Assembly (NCBI GenBank): GCA_002633005.1
Contig: NMRA01000261.1
Location: 434,001-498,000 of the forward strand
Length of the DNA: 64,000 nucleotides
Direction of reading: 5' to 3'
Source: Phoronis australis
Taxonomy: Eukaryota > Animalia > Phoronida
This document shows, one piece after another, positions 13,101 to 23,369 of this stretch. The notes under the pieces are model-generated. The model was not told the DNA's origin. It made no database searches and worked only from the letters and a program-made list of their open reading frames with translations. The position numbers and the translations under genes were made by a program. The first letter of the stretch is position 1. Every line of letters starts with the position of its first letter.

Positions 13101-16100
13101 ATTCTTTACTATGCCACTGACCAGTGCCCACTCATAGTGAAACCCTATGTGACAAACAGCTGTCCAGACTCCATTCATGTTTATGAGTTGGATGAAATCA
13201 CCGGAACTCTCAATATTGTTGTTGTTTTGCACTCACAACCCACACATATTTCTATTCACTATATATATTGTAGCTCGAGTTAATAAACTTTGTGTGTCAG
13301 TAGAAACTCAACTACTGTGTTAGTTTTTATGCTGCTCACCATCGACTTGCTGTTGCTACCTTCAACCAAGAACCGGGTAACCCCAACTATCCTACCACGA
13401 CCATCCCCACATTAGTGGAATCCGTGTCTCCACATTGCTGACATCTCCAACAAAATGAGGTTGGCGTAATGAGGAAACTCCATAGGCGGAGGTGCCAAAT
13501 CCAAAAACGCCACATAGTTGGCAACAATTGAAAATATCTGCCAAAACACCCTACAGATCACTTATGCATAATTTTCTTAGTCAAACTGAAAATTAGGATA
13601 AAATCATTTGCTTGATAATTACCCTCTCAGGCCCAGTGTCTCACACCGGCTCTCTCTACCTTCGGGAACAGCAGATGATCAGGACCCGTTGTCTGTGCAT
13701 GCATCATGAACGGGCCCCTTCAGGTTTTTTGCAAAACATTTCTGATTCCCGTTTGTTTAAAAAAATAATTGCAGGCGGTCTGGTACATGTTGCATCAGAC
13801 GTGCTGAGGCCGCTCGTGTCTGAGTGTTTACTTCCTGTAGTATTTTGAATGCGTGCACAGATGTGTCGGTGACGACTTTGTGCTGACTTGGGATAATTAC
13901 TAGTTCACCAAACAAGATCTGAGGCCGTAGTATTGAGCTACATGTCCCCATATTAATTGAGCACTATATTCCTTGCTGTGATAGGATTCTATTTCTGATG
14001 ATAGCTTAAGTACAGGCATCTGATTGGAACTCATGTCACAAGCACTTTCGAATTTGCAATTTTAGGGTTTGCCAACCCCAAAAAAGTCACTGATGGTTTT
14101 GGTAAAGGAAACTTATCTTAATAAAGAGTATTATGAGAGTAAAAGCTTAGGACTAATTCTATTATATTTTTTAACTAATTAAACAGGGCAAAATGAAGTT
14201 TTGGTGGTTGGAAATCTTTGCAGCAGCTAGTCCCATAATTGACCGACAGATGTCAGTTTGAGTGGTGGAAGGTTTTTGATCCCATTCCAAGTTTTATAAA
14301 CATAAATACAAAAAAGTCAGGACACATATCTTTATGTCTTGAGACATGAAGCTGTTCCATGTCAGTTAACTTGCTCTGTTCATTTCTTTGTGCCCAGGGG
14401 ATGGTGGTGACTCAACAGAGCCAAATTCAGGGAGTGACACAGAAGATGACATTAGAAAGTAAGAAACTGACGTTTGCTTATTCTGTGGTTTGTATATCAA
14501 CTCCTATAATGTTGGAGTGACTGGTAGAAATAGAAGTAATTACATTAATCTGCAGTATTGCCAATTTCTAAAGTTTGTTGTCACTGTCATATGTGTTTGC
14601 ATCATGTTTTTATGTTGAGCAGCTGTGAAGCACTTTTGTGCTCCCTGAGACTGATATATACTTCATAATTCTGCACTTATATGATGTGGGCAATATGCAA
14701 CACAATTGGCATTTAGCGAAATACGGCAGCGCCCTCTTTGTTTCTGCAGTATTTACCTACAACTCTGTAGAACTGTTGTCCCACTGCTGCCGTGCTGTTG
14801 CATCAAAATTGACCATTTGTCATTTCAGTACCACTAAAGTTTCATTGCCTGTTGCAAATGAGTTATAACGCAAATATGATTTTGGGCACGGAGGTGTTAA
14901 CTAGTCCAATGTTGTGGCTTAGAATTTTGGGAACACTTGTAAATCATGAGTGTGCACACACAATAGACCTTTTGGAATTGACATGCAAGGTCAATGAAAG
15001 CGATTTTTTGTGAACCCTGCTTTTAGTCATGCAAGCTGTCCCAGAGGGACTGTGCAAACAAACACAGCTTAACAAGGGTTTTATGGTCCTGACTGAGAAG
15101 ATAATTGTCTTATTACCCCCTATGGATTCTGAATAGCTGAGTCCAGAATGTAAAATAATGAAAAGTTGATTGGGGTGCCTTAAGTCGTTGTCTTCTTTCC
15201 ATGTAAATGGTTTATTATATCTAATTTTAGTGTGCAAGAACAGGATAAAACAGGAGAGTCTAAGAATTTGGAAAGTGAACAAGGCAGGAACAGTAACAAC
15301 CATGCTAGTGGAACGAAGGATGGGGATGACGAGGACCCCTATGAGGTCTCAACAGATATTGATGATGACGAAGATGGAGACGAGAACCTGGAAATACCTC
15401 AGTTACCAGATATCTTCACTGGGAAGCATTTCTTATTGTATGGTGAATTTAGTGCCGAAGAAAGAAAGCAGGCTAAGCGTTACATCATTGCGTTTAACGG
15501 GTAACTTTTATTGTGTTTGAAGGAGAGAAAGACTTAGTTTTCGGTGTTATCTTTTACTAAAAAATGAATCCTGGGTTATCTGGTTATCTTAGTGATATAT
15601 TTCAGCTGTAATGTATGTTCCTATCACTCCCCTGCATACAGAAGTAGTTGACGGTGGTCCAGACGACTCGTCATTGAGCAAAGTGTCAACTCATAGGTGA
15701 ACTCGGTGTTTTAGTTCATCTTTTTTGTTTGCTCAATGAAAGTGAAAGCAGAAGTAAGATGTGGGTAACTCATTTTTGGGCCAAGTGGTTCACTTTACTG
15801 TCGTTGGTCCAGCTGATTGTTGCCTGTTAAGGAGCACCATGAGTAGCGTGATTGAACTTGAAACAAGTCTAAAATAATTCAAGATTAGTATTTTTTAGCA
15901 AAAATGCATAAAAACAATGGCTTTTCCCGTTAGGTGTATCAAAGCTTTGCTCTATTTAACATATGCTGCTGCATGAATTTGATTGTGGTTTGTGTGTACA
16001 CGCAGTTATCTAAGTTCCAACATCGAGAAAGAAAGTTAATTAGAGAAACCAGGATTGTGGGTTTCTCTGTCTGCAGTCCTTGATTTTCTTGGGGAAATCT

Positions 16101-18768
16101 CTGTGTATGTCATCAACAGAGGGCAGTACTCAGTCATAATATTCACAAGAGCGCTTGATACTGCGATTTAAAATGCAAGTCTTGGACAATGAAGATCTAA
16201 AAAGTAGTATACCTGTTCTCTATGACAGTCTGCTTTTCTTTCACAGCTGAACACGCCTTTGACGACTCATTTTTTAAAGAAATTCCTGTTGATCACCTGC
16301 TTGTCAAATTGTTATTGATTCAACAGTCTCCCTAGACTTTTCATCTCCAGTGTTTTGCTTCAAATTCGAAACAAGTCTTATTTTGGATCAGAGTTTGAAA
16401 TGTCACGCGAGGTTTGTATTTCAACCAAAACTGCTTAATTTCTGCTTTTTCATTGTGTTAGTACTTGCACCCTGTTTTTTCCTCAAGATTTAGTTCACTG
16501 TAAAAGAGTGAACCTGCCTCCTAGACACAGTGATCACTTCTAATCTGGTTGTAAATCAGTTTTTGGACTGAAGGTGGTGCTAGTGATTGTCAGTGTTATT
16601 TCATGGTTTTAAGATTGAAATATGTAGAGTTAAATAAAGAAATGGTTAGGTGAGTGGTGTCAGCTTTGCGTTTATTCCAAACAAGATTATAGGCTTGTTT
16701 TGAATAGTTTAACTGGTGAAAAGTGCAAGTTTTGACATTTCAGTATCCTAGAGGAGTATATGGGTGACAAGGTCAACTACGTGGTTACCTCTGTTGACTG
16801 GGATGAACAGTTTGACCAGGTTTGTTGTTTTTTCAGTATCCTCTGTTACGGTGATGTTGTGTTAGATGGGGGGGTGAAGGGGGTGTGGGGNNNNNNNNNN
16901 AATGAGTCCTCCTGATGAGCATTTAATTTGCAAGTTGTTGCTGTTGTGTTTAATGATATCATGGTTGTTTTTATGCGCCCACATATTTATATTTGGACGC
17001 ATTATGCCGTCATCTCCGTCTGTCCGTCCGGGCGGCGTCCGGCGTCCGCTGCTTTATCTCCAAAACCCTTTGACATACGTTCATGAAATTTGGCACATAT
17101 GTTCCATTCATGAATGGGACGGCATATGCGAACTTTCGGACGGATCCGACTATCGGTGTGTCCCCTAGTGGCAATTTTAGTTTTTTACGCTTACCTTTGT
17201 ATCTTCAAAATTCCTGAACGGATTTTCATGAAATTTGGTATGTAGGCACCTATTAGTGAGATGACGCTATCCTGCCGTTTACAGATGGATTCGACATAGT
17301 TTGCGCCACCTAGTGGCCGTTTTTAGTGTTTTCGAGTTTAGTGCGTCCACCCCTCTATCAACCAAACCACTCAAAGGATGATTGTGAAAATTGGCATGTA
17401 TATGTTTACTATGTAGAGGACGGTTGACGATGATTTTCCGACAATTTCGACCACTGTGGCGCCTCCTAGTGGCAGTTTTGTTTTTTTTTGCACCTATGAC
17501 TGTATCTCCTAAACCGTTCGCAGGATCGTTAGGAAATTGTGTAAGTATATTTATATGATGTTAGCAACAGATGATGACGACTTTTGGACGGATCCGCCTA
17601 CCAGTGTGCCCCCTAGTGGCAATTATATTTTTTTACGTTTACCTCTGTATCTTCACAAGTCCTTAACGGATTTTCATGAAATTTGGTATGTAGGCACCTA
17701 TTAGTGCGATGACGCTATCCTCCCGTGTTCGAATGGATTCGACCTTGTTTGTGACACCCAGTGGCCATTTTTACTGTTTTTGAGTCTGTTTTTTGGCGTC
17801 CACCCCTCTATCAACCAAACCGCTATAAGTATGATTGTGAAAATTGGCATGTACGGTTGACGCTGAATTTCCCATGAGTTTGATTACTGTGGCGCCTCCT
17901 AGTGGCAGTTTTTTTTTGCGCCTATGGCTGTATCTCCCAAACCATTTGCAGGATCTTTACTAAATTTAGCAAGTGTATTTATGTGATGTTGACAACTTAC
18001 GATGACGACTTTAGGATGATTCTGACTACCGGTATGCCTCTAGTGGCAATTTTAGTATTTTACATTGACCTCTGTATTTTCATAGGTCTTCAGTTGTATA
18101 CTTTGTGTTACTTCGTGACTATGAAGGAAAAGTTCCAAGTAGAAATTTGTTTCTGGCATTCTAATGCTGTGCTAATCTCGTATGTTGGTAAATTTGTTTT
18201 TAATTCTATGTTTCTGTGGTGCTTTAAGCAACTGATGTATAGGATGTGCTTGTATTATGAAGATCACTCACATTTTGCCCCTAGCCTATTGAGGAGACAA
18301 TGACCATGCTTTTCCATTTTGCAAAGTACAACATACTACATAAATGCCCTCTACTGGCCACTTTATGGTACCAATAAACAACCCTAGAAGGATACCGTAT
18401 GCGGTGCAATTGTGGGTGCATTTCAACGCTCTGCGTTGCTCTTGTTGGTGTTGATTTGGTGCCGTTGATGTTTTGTTTGTTGTTGTTGATATGGTGATTA
18501 TTAATGTTTGGTTGTTGGTGTTGTGTTTGTTGTAGCAATTGTTTTTGTTGTTATTGTGTTAGTAGTTTTTGTTAGTGTTGTACTATGCATCTTCAAAGCA
18601 TGTTTTTCTGTTAAATAGTTCACTTCTTCATTGAACCTCATGTCCTTATTACTGCAGGCTCTGTCTGACAACAGTGAACTGATATTTGTCCGTCCTTTGT
18701 GGCTGATAGACTGCTGCCAACAAAATCGTCTACTACCTTATCAGCGCTACCTGGTGGTGCCCAAGTGA
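1091..18768 (+). CDS. XRCC1: XRCC1 DNA single-strand break repair scaffold, 5'-partial: join(1091..1162,1829..1934,2279..2349,3292..3484,5123..5300,6544..6657,6958..7052,9461..9490,14398..14458,15231..15500,16744..16819,18658..18768)
   Basis: Twelve GT-AG exons with compatible phases give a 1377-nt frame (458 aa + TGA). Motifs match human XRCC1: YGISFIKLHSPP (NTD end), KLGGFKLK, BRCT1 GVVFVLSGFQNPRRGEIRDKALQMGAVYKPDW...HLVCAFANTPK, CK2 sites SGSDTEDD and YEVSTDID, BRCT2 LPDIFTGKHFLLYGEF...RYIIAFNG...FVRPLW...LLPYQRYLVVPK. Confidence 0.96.
1379..1837 (+). repeat. Tandem array of ~18 x 25 bp (TTCTCTTACTGTAG|GCTAAACTYAG) spanning an XRCC1 intron/exon junction
   Basis: Directly visible near-identical units; the last unit runs into coding sequence GCT AAA CTG GGT. 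Confidence 0.95.
1829..1934 (+). CDS. XRCC1: XRCC1 exon (AKLGGFKLKPAQDDDISPGSLFANRFKTSTASPLS)
   Basis: actgtag| acceptor in the last unit of the 25-bp array, CAG|gtatat donor; matches human TKLGQFRVKE...PGALF. Confidence 0.88.
2279..2349 (+). CDS. XRCC1: XRCC1 exon, linker 1 (GAAAARAASRLADEASQKESGREQ)
   Basis: cactag| acceptor, CAG|gtgaga donor; phase fits both neighbours. Confidence 0.8.
3292..3484 (+). CDS. XRCC1: XRCC1 exon, basic NLS-containing linker (KTPVKRKL...QPPKKKQK)
   Basis: T-rich tract + taag| acceptor, AAAG|gtaatg donor; KRKL matches the human NLS PKGKRKL; lies within ORF 3229..3552. Confidence 0.85.
4132..4288. repeat. Minisatellite, ~5 x 31 bp (AATACCTGTGGGCAAAATACCCTCCCGATAC)
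   Basis: Visible tandem units; they explain the repetitive ORFs 3849..4361 and 3965..4327. Confidence 0.9.
5123..5300 (+). CDS. XRCC1: XRCC1 exon, BRCT1 N-terminal half
   Basis: tttcag| acceptor, |gtaaga donor; GKLMKGVVFVLSGFQNPRRGEIRDKALQMGAVYKPDWGKGCTHL. Confidence 0.96.
6544..6657 (+). CDS. XRCC1: XRCC1 exon, BRCT1 C-terminal half
   Basis: gtgttag| acceptor, |gtaagt donor; CAFANTPKFHQVKGKGKIVSKDWIEECYRQKKLLSWK. Confidence 0.96.
6760..6925. repeat. Degenerate short tandem repeat (ctgcacttaacaccatgt-like)
   Basis: Recurrent tgcacttaa / caccatg / gttgctct fragments. Confidence 0.55.
6958..7052 (+). CDS. XRCC1: XRCC1 exon, start of linker 2 (YRMGDDDSTDSEAEVERQSPPRRSVGGMSAK)
   Basis: gacttag| acceptor, AAG|gtaagt donor; continues KY as in human RRYLM, then an acidic tract. 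Confidence 0.88.
7401..8751 (+). mobile_element. HINE/DINE-1-like non-autonomous Helentron element, older copy
   Basis: 5' TTTTTATGCACCCA with a partial inverted repeat; 3' subTIR GTGGGTGCAT followed by a decayed hairpin and CTCTTGTT; interior resembles the 16968-18446 copy. Confidence 0.75.
9461..9490 (+). CDS. XRCC1: XRCC1 putative 30-nt microexon (ESKAKKRVSS)
   Basis: ttggcag| acceptor, GTG|gtaaat donor; symmetric phase 1-1 and open, but not needed to keep the frame. Confidence 0.6.
11065..13072. mobile_element. Non-autonomous Tc2/pogo-like (Tc1-mariner superfamily) DNA transposon, ~2.0 kb
   Basis: Perfect 24-bp TIR CCGTAATCGTTCGGGTTAACGCCC / GGGCGTTAACCCGAACGATTACGG, TA on both flanks (11063-64, 13073-74), many subterminal TTAA(C/G)CGCCC repeats at both ends; no transposase ORF found. 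Confidence 0.88.
14398..14458 (+). CDS. XRCC1: XRCC1 exon with CK2 site (GDGGDSTEPNSGSDTEDDIR)
   Basis: Pyrimidine tract + cccag| acceptor, |gtaaga donor; matches human SGDTEDELR. Confidence 0.9.
15231..15500 (+). CDS. XRCC1: XRCC1 exon, FHA-binding CK2 motif and start of BRCT2
   Basis: ttttag| acceptor, GG|gtaact donor; DPYEVSTD (human DPYAGSTD) and LPDIFTGKHFLLYGEF...RYIIAFN. Confidence 0.95.
16744..16819 (+). CDS. XRCC1: XRCC1 exon, BRCT2 middle (ILEEYMGDKVNYVVTSVDWDEQFDQ)
   Basis: tttcag| acceptor, CAG|gtttgt donor; human ELEDYMSDRVQFVITAQEWDPSFEE. Confidence 0.93.
16891..16900. other. Assembly gap (10 N)
   Basis: nnnnnnnnnn. Confidence 1.
16968..18446 (+). mobile_element. HINE/DINE-1-like non-autonomous Helentron element with central tandem repeats
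   Basis: T-run, subTIR ATGCGCCCAC plus partial IR, GTCC-type microsatellite, ~145-bp tandem units, 3' subTIR GTGGGTGCAT, hairpin CAACGC-TCT-GCGTTG, then CTCTTGTT; this is the established HINE layout. Confidence 0.85.
18447..18580. repeat. (GTT)-rich low-complexity tract
   Basis: Degenerate GTT/TGT run; source of the spurious Q/N-rich ORF 18281..18538. Confidence 0.7.
18658..18768 (+). CDS. XRCC1: XRCC1 last coding exon, end of BRCT2
   Basis: ctgcag| acceptor; ALSDNSELIFVRPLWLIDCCQQNRLLPYQRYLVVPK* versus human ALMDNPSLAFVRPRWIYSCNEKQKLLPHQLYGVVPQA. Confidence 0.95.
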   Translation, partial: ALSDNSELIFVRPLWLIDCCQQNRLLPYQRYLVVPK

Positions 18769-19062
18769 CTTCTACATTACCAATGTCATCTTGCTAAACC
18801 ATGCCCTGCAGAGCTCCAAGTCTTAGAACTGTACAGCTGCACACGTCATGTATGTGATTGGATGAGGTCAACCGTGGTAGTTCATTGGATGCGGCTAATA
18901 CCAACATGTCAATTTGTTGAGTACACTTAGTGAACATGGTGTAGTGTGTGGTCAGGTGAACACCAGGTGTTCTGTTGCTAATACTGTTGTAGTAAATGAA
19001 CTACTCAATCATGTATCTGCCATCGGATTTTGTTAGCCTTTTTCATCATGATGTATATTAAT

Positions 19063-19068
19063 AATAAA
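19063..19068 (+). terminator. Candidate XRCC1 polyadenylation signal AATAAA
   Basis: First AATAAA I found after the stop, ~295 nt downstream; a second lies at 19369-19374. Confidence 0.5.
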
Positions 19069-19344
19069 TGATAACTCTACTACTGAATTCCTCATTAATT
19101 CTACTGATAGCATCTGGTATACGAGGACAGGTTACTAAGTTTACCTACAAAGTTTACTATAGTACTGGTCAGGTTACCTGTTGTTGAAACTAACTGGTTG
19201 TTATTCAAAGGACCAAGTTGCCATTCCAGTAACTAGAGTTCCATGCTCAGAAGTAAGTGAGGTGAGTACTTTTTGGGAACTAAAATTCAGATGAGACTAG
19301 TGTTCACAGGTACTTACAAGGAAGTATTGGTTGTTTGAATTAGA

Positions 19345-20560
19345 TGTAATAATACCAATAACAGTAGCAATAAACTTTATTTATAGAAGATTAAATTCAA
19401 TACAATTTAAAACATGCATTAGCCAAAGGCTAATATACGGCATAATCTTCTTACAGCAACAAATTGAATTAAATAATCTTAAATTAATAGTACAATGAAT
19501 TCTCGAGAGCACAAATGACTGGGAGGAAGGGAGAGACAAGTAAGAGATGAATTAGTGCCTAACGTCATCCGCCCGTGACAAGCACGGAGGGTATTTTATG
19601 TGAAAAAATAAATGGTAAACATTTATACACAGAACTATGTGAAACGTGGGCATTGCTGTGAATAAACAGGAAACTGCTTTTCCGGTACTAGAATTACAGT
19701 GGATGAATTGTTCAGTACTGGTTTGAAATAATTAGCTTTTGTACTGCATTAGAAAATTGGCCCGTTTCACGGCACCTCAGTAGTGCTTCGCCAATAAATT
19801 TTTACAAGAAGTCTGTTTTAATTATCAGGAAGTCTGATCTAACGTCCTATTGTGTGGCGGCGTAGACTAATTACAGCATTACCAGTGACTCCACGGCAAT
19901 AAAACACTGCTGATTAACATAAACAGAAATATCGTGGGGCAACTCTTGCGATTTTTCAAACCGTTCATCACTTCCGGAATTGAATGAAGTTTAGGATTAT
20001 TTTACCTGTAAAAGTAGATAAAAGTTAATCAAAATGGTTGCGTCAGGTTTCGGTATTCTGTTAAGCGATGATGAATGTTTTCAGTATTGAGTAAGTCTTC
20101 GAACCGTTGTACGTAAGTGGCCTGCGAGCCCTGATGCCGTAGAAGAGACTGTATTCACTGGAAACACTTAAAAGGATACTAAACCCTGTTTTGTTGATTT
20201 TAACCAATCTTCGTTGTCATCTACTAATGATCATTGGCACCAATCTTGAAAGATAAAAGCAGGAATCAACAAAAAACTCATGCTTCCTATGTAACAGATT
20301 GGGAATTATGGTTCTTGATGATTGGTCTTTCTTCACAGTTACCTTGTCATTCGCTAAAAGCGTAGGTCGCGCTTGCCCGTTTTGCGGACTTCGAAAGGAG
20401 TTTTCAAATTTTCCTCCAAACTTTTGGAGATTGTCGAAGGTTATAAGGCATTATTTTCTAATCATTGAATTGGATGGGAATGTCGTTTTTTAATAGGTGT
20501 TAATAGGAGAAAACCGGTTTGGTATCATTTTTATGGACAAAATTAATATCTGGATTTAGC
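19345..20560 (-). mobile_element. Decayed CR1/L2-type LINE fragments (3' tail, possible ORF1 remnant)
   Basis: Minus strand ends in a TTAGCC-TTT-GGCTAA hairpin, AATAAAG and a degenerate TAT tail; IPNRFSPI near 20505-20530 resembles the NRFSPL motif of CR1 ORF1; otherwise heavily decayed. Confidence 0.35.
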
Positions 20561-20954
20561 CTTGATTCAGAAACCGATGTCGTTGGAAGACGAAATCAAA
20601 TGGCAGGCTTTTGTAATGATAGTTGGATCTCTGTGCCTGTATATGTAGTACGCTTTCATACATTGCATGACGTTCTTCTCGAGACACTCCGATTTCACGC
20701 TCTATGCGACCGGCTATTTTATCACAAAGACAAAATCACGTGTGCTGACTGCTCACGGTGAGTGAAAACGCACCCGCGAGGATTTCCGATAAAGCATTAC
20801 ACAAACCAGGTTAGTGCCAGTGTTTATGAGTATTGTGTGTGCTAGTACGTAAACAAGACACACGAACTTTTCATAATGGAACCAAAAGCCAATACGTCAC
20901 TGCACTACCCGTAGTTGCACAAACTACAATTTCGTACGCTGGCTATGGAGGCCA

Positions 20955-21345
20955 CAAGATTTGCTCTAAATGCACCCCATCGTGAATCCAAACGGACAAA
21001 ATCTCATCAATGTAGCGAGTCGAGGACAAGAATGAGCGTGCGTACATATTTGGACGATTCATCAAAAGAGGGCGTTTGCTTACATAGTCCTACTACGCCT
21101 CCTGACTATGGCCACGCTTAACACTCTTCCTCTGAACATATTATATACCAGTCGCTGGCATAGCTGTCTGCTCTGGAAGAGTATTACATATGGCGTTGTT
21201 GAGATGTATAACACCAGCCTTGAGTGTCATGTCTTCATGGTTGGAGATAATCGACTGCCGATTCTGGGGTGCCATGGTACCCATATAATGAGGCTGGTTA
21301 CATTCTCGCTGTTAAAGCTAAAATGATTCGGATTCATTTGACTGT
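20955..21345 (-). pseudogene. Penelope-like element reverse transcriptase relic
   Basis: Minus strand gives NHFSFNSE, then (frameshifted) QPHYMGTMAP and TRYIDEILSVWIHDGVHLEQ (RYIDE at 21017-21003), matching the PLE RT motifs N-F-FN...GTAMG...AP and RYIDDIF-IW-HG. Confidence 0.55.
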
Positions 21346-23369
21346 CGTGTTCGACGACACGCAAGGAACTATATTGACGGTGACGTCCTGTAGGCCCACT
21401 GTTCGCACTCGTGAAGCTACCGCTGGTTCTCAAGGAACTTATTTGGTAACTGAGTCATGTTGTCGCCATAGAAAACTCCAGTCAGTTCACTGGATATACG
21501 AAACCATCCCAATGACTAAATCTGCCTTTGCACAAACTGAAGAATAAGTCACCTTGACGCAGCTACCACCACACGCCCAGCTTTAATGACTTCCCTCTCG
21601 ACTGGTGAAAGTAAAGTTCTTCACCGTGGATGGTGCTAATAACTGGCACTCAAGCTCAAAAGATTCTAGTCTTCTCAGCTCCTTGCGGCACCGTTGAGAC
21701 GTTATGAATGGCTCGTCGTACTATTTGGTCCAATCAACCATGGTGAAGGTTGACGACGGTCTAAGCTGTAAATGAAGACACCCTTACTTGGGGTACGACG
21801 GAATCCGAACAAGACGCCAATGTCGCAGCAAGGGATGAAACTCTATCGGAAGAAGCTGAAATCAGGCCTAAGCAATGTCAATTACACAGGTCATCTGCTA
21901 ACAAGTATGGGATTATGTGGAGATCTCCCCAAGATCGATGTTATTCAAAAGACGCAACGCTATCTTACGAGTGACGTTCATATGCAGCTCCTTTAGGCAA
22001 TATGCTGTTACCTACAATCATTTGCTCTTAATTTCTTCAGCGAACCCACTTTCCTCAGGGAGCTCTTTGAATTCTTTTGTCTGTGATAAGTAGTGCACAA
22101 TAGTAGCTCATCACAATTGGTGTTACAATACTTTCTTCCCTTCCTTTCGAAAACTTTGTTACATGTCGCAAGCAAGCCTTTGTGACGTTCTTATAGAAGA
22201 AGGGCAGCCTCTCACCTTGGGATTAAGAACAGGACATTCTGTGTCGTGTAAGGGAAATAATTTACTGGCCTATCATGGAACCGGATATTGTGAACTACAT
22301 ATCACATTGTGGAGTACGGAACGTTTCAGGCAGCCTAGCAGAAGGAGCCAATGACAGGGAAGTGGTCCGCACGTGGCTACAGATTGATGAGGATGTCAGT
22401 TTGTTTGATTGGGGTTATCGCCATCGATGCACTTCGCCGAATGCTTTGAATTCGGCCATTTGAATGTGAACAGAAAAGCTCAAGGCTTAGGACATTCTAC
22501 GAATTCGAACTCACATCTTCCGTACCACGGTAAGTGTTATGCAAGAGCAAGGTTGAAAGCGACGTCAAAAATCCTCGTCCGATCATGAAAAAGGCGCTGA
22601 TGTGCAATTTTTCTGCCAGCTAATGCAACACACCGACCGAAAGAATTGATCTTCCCCAGCCCAGCGGATGTTCAGCTGGCGAACTTGGAGCCGCACACTA
22701 GGCCATAGTCCATTCAACTCTAGGAAGCCTAGAAAACCACTTCCGTGGCTACTTTTTGGGGGCAAGATAATTTTGTTGTTTTTAAGGTCATTAAGTACTA
22801 TCTAAAAAGTTCCCAAGGTTTGACTTGCACGTTTTCGAGAAATTGGACCTCAAAAATCAGACTTTTTGCAAAATTTGTGACAGAAAACCAATATTCAAAA
22901 ACCAGCAACACTAGACCATACTGAATGATAATTTGATTGGGTTTTGTTCATGTGAAGTTACTGGATAAGAAAAGTGATGAATATTATGACATTTGGTGGA
23001 AAATGACAAATAGAAGCATAGTACTATATTTTGAGGTACTACCAGAAGAACAATACTAGTGTTAACCATTTGGAACTTGATAAAGATTTGATATCACAAC
23101 CTACATATGAACAACATACATTTCCAACGTTTCTGCAATGAATTCACTGCCGTCACAATTAATTATCATTATCCACATTGCAGTTGATAGTCAACTGCAG
23201 GCTGGAACATACGCCATTCAGTCTGACATCCACGAACATGATAAAATGTAAAAACTTTCCATTAGCCTACAAATTTAAAGTTTTTTTAACACCATAGCAC
23301 ACACTTTTCACGTTTGTTCATCAACTCCATTGTTTATACTTATCATTATTGTCCTTAAAAGTTGTTTCT

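Noticed and set aside
13600-13950. Possible Penelope linker/GIY-YIG relic on the minus strand (KNLK, RR.RE fragments)
   Set aside because: Motifs too decayed to call without a profile search.
22488-22531. tRNA gene (minus-strand B box GTTCGAATT)
   Set aside because: No A box or cloverleaf; at most a SINE fragment.
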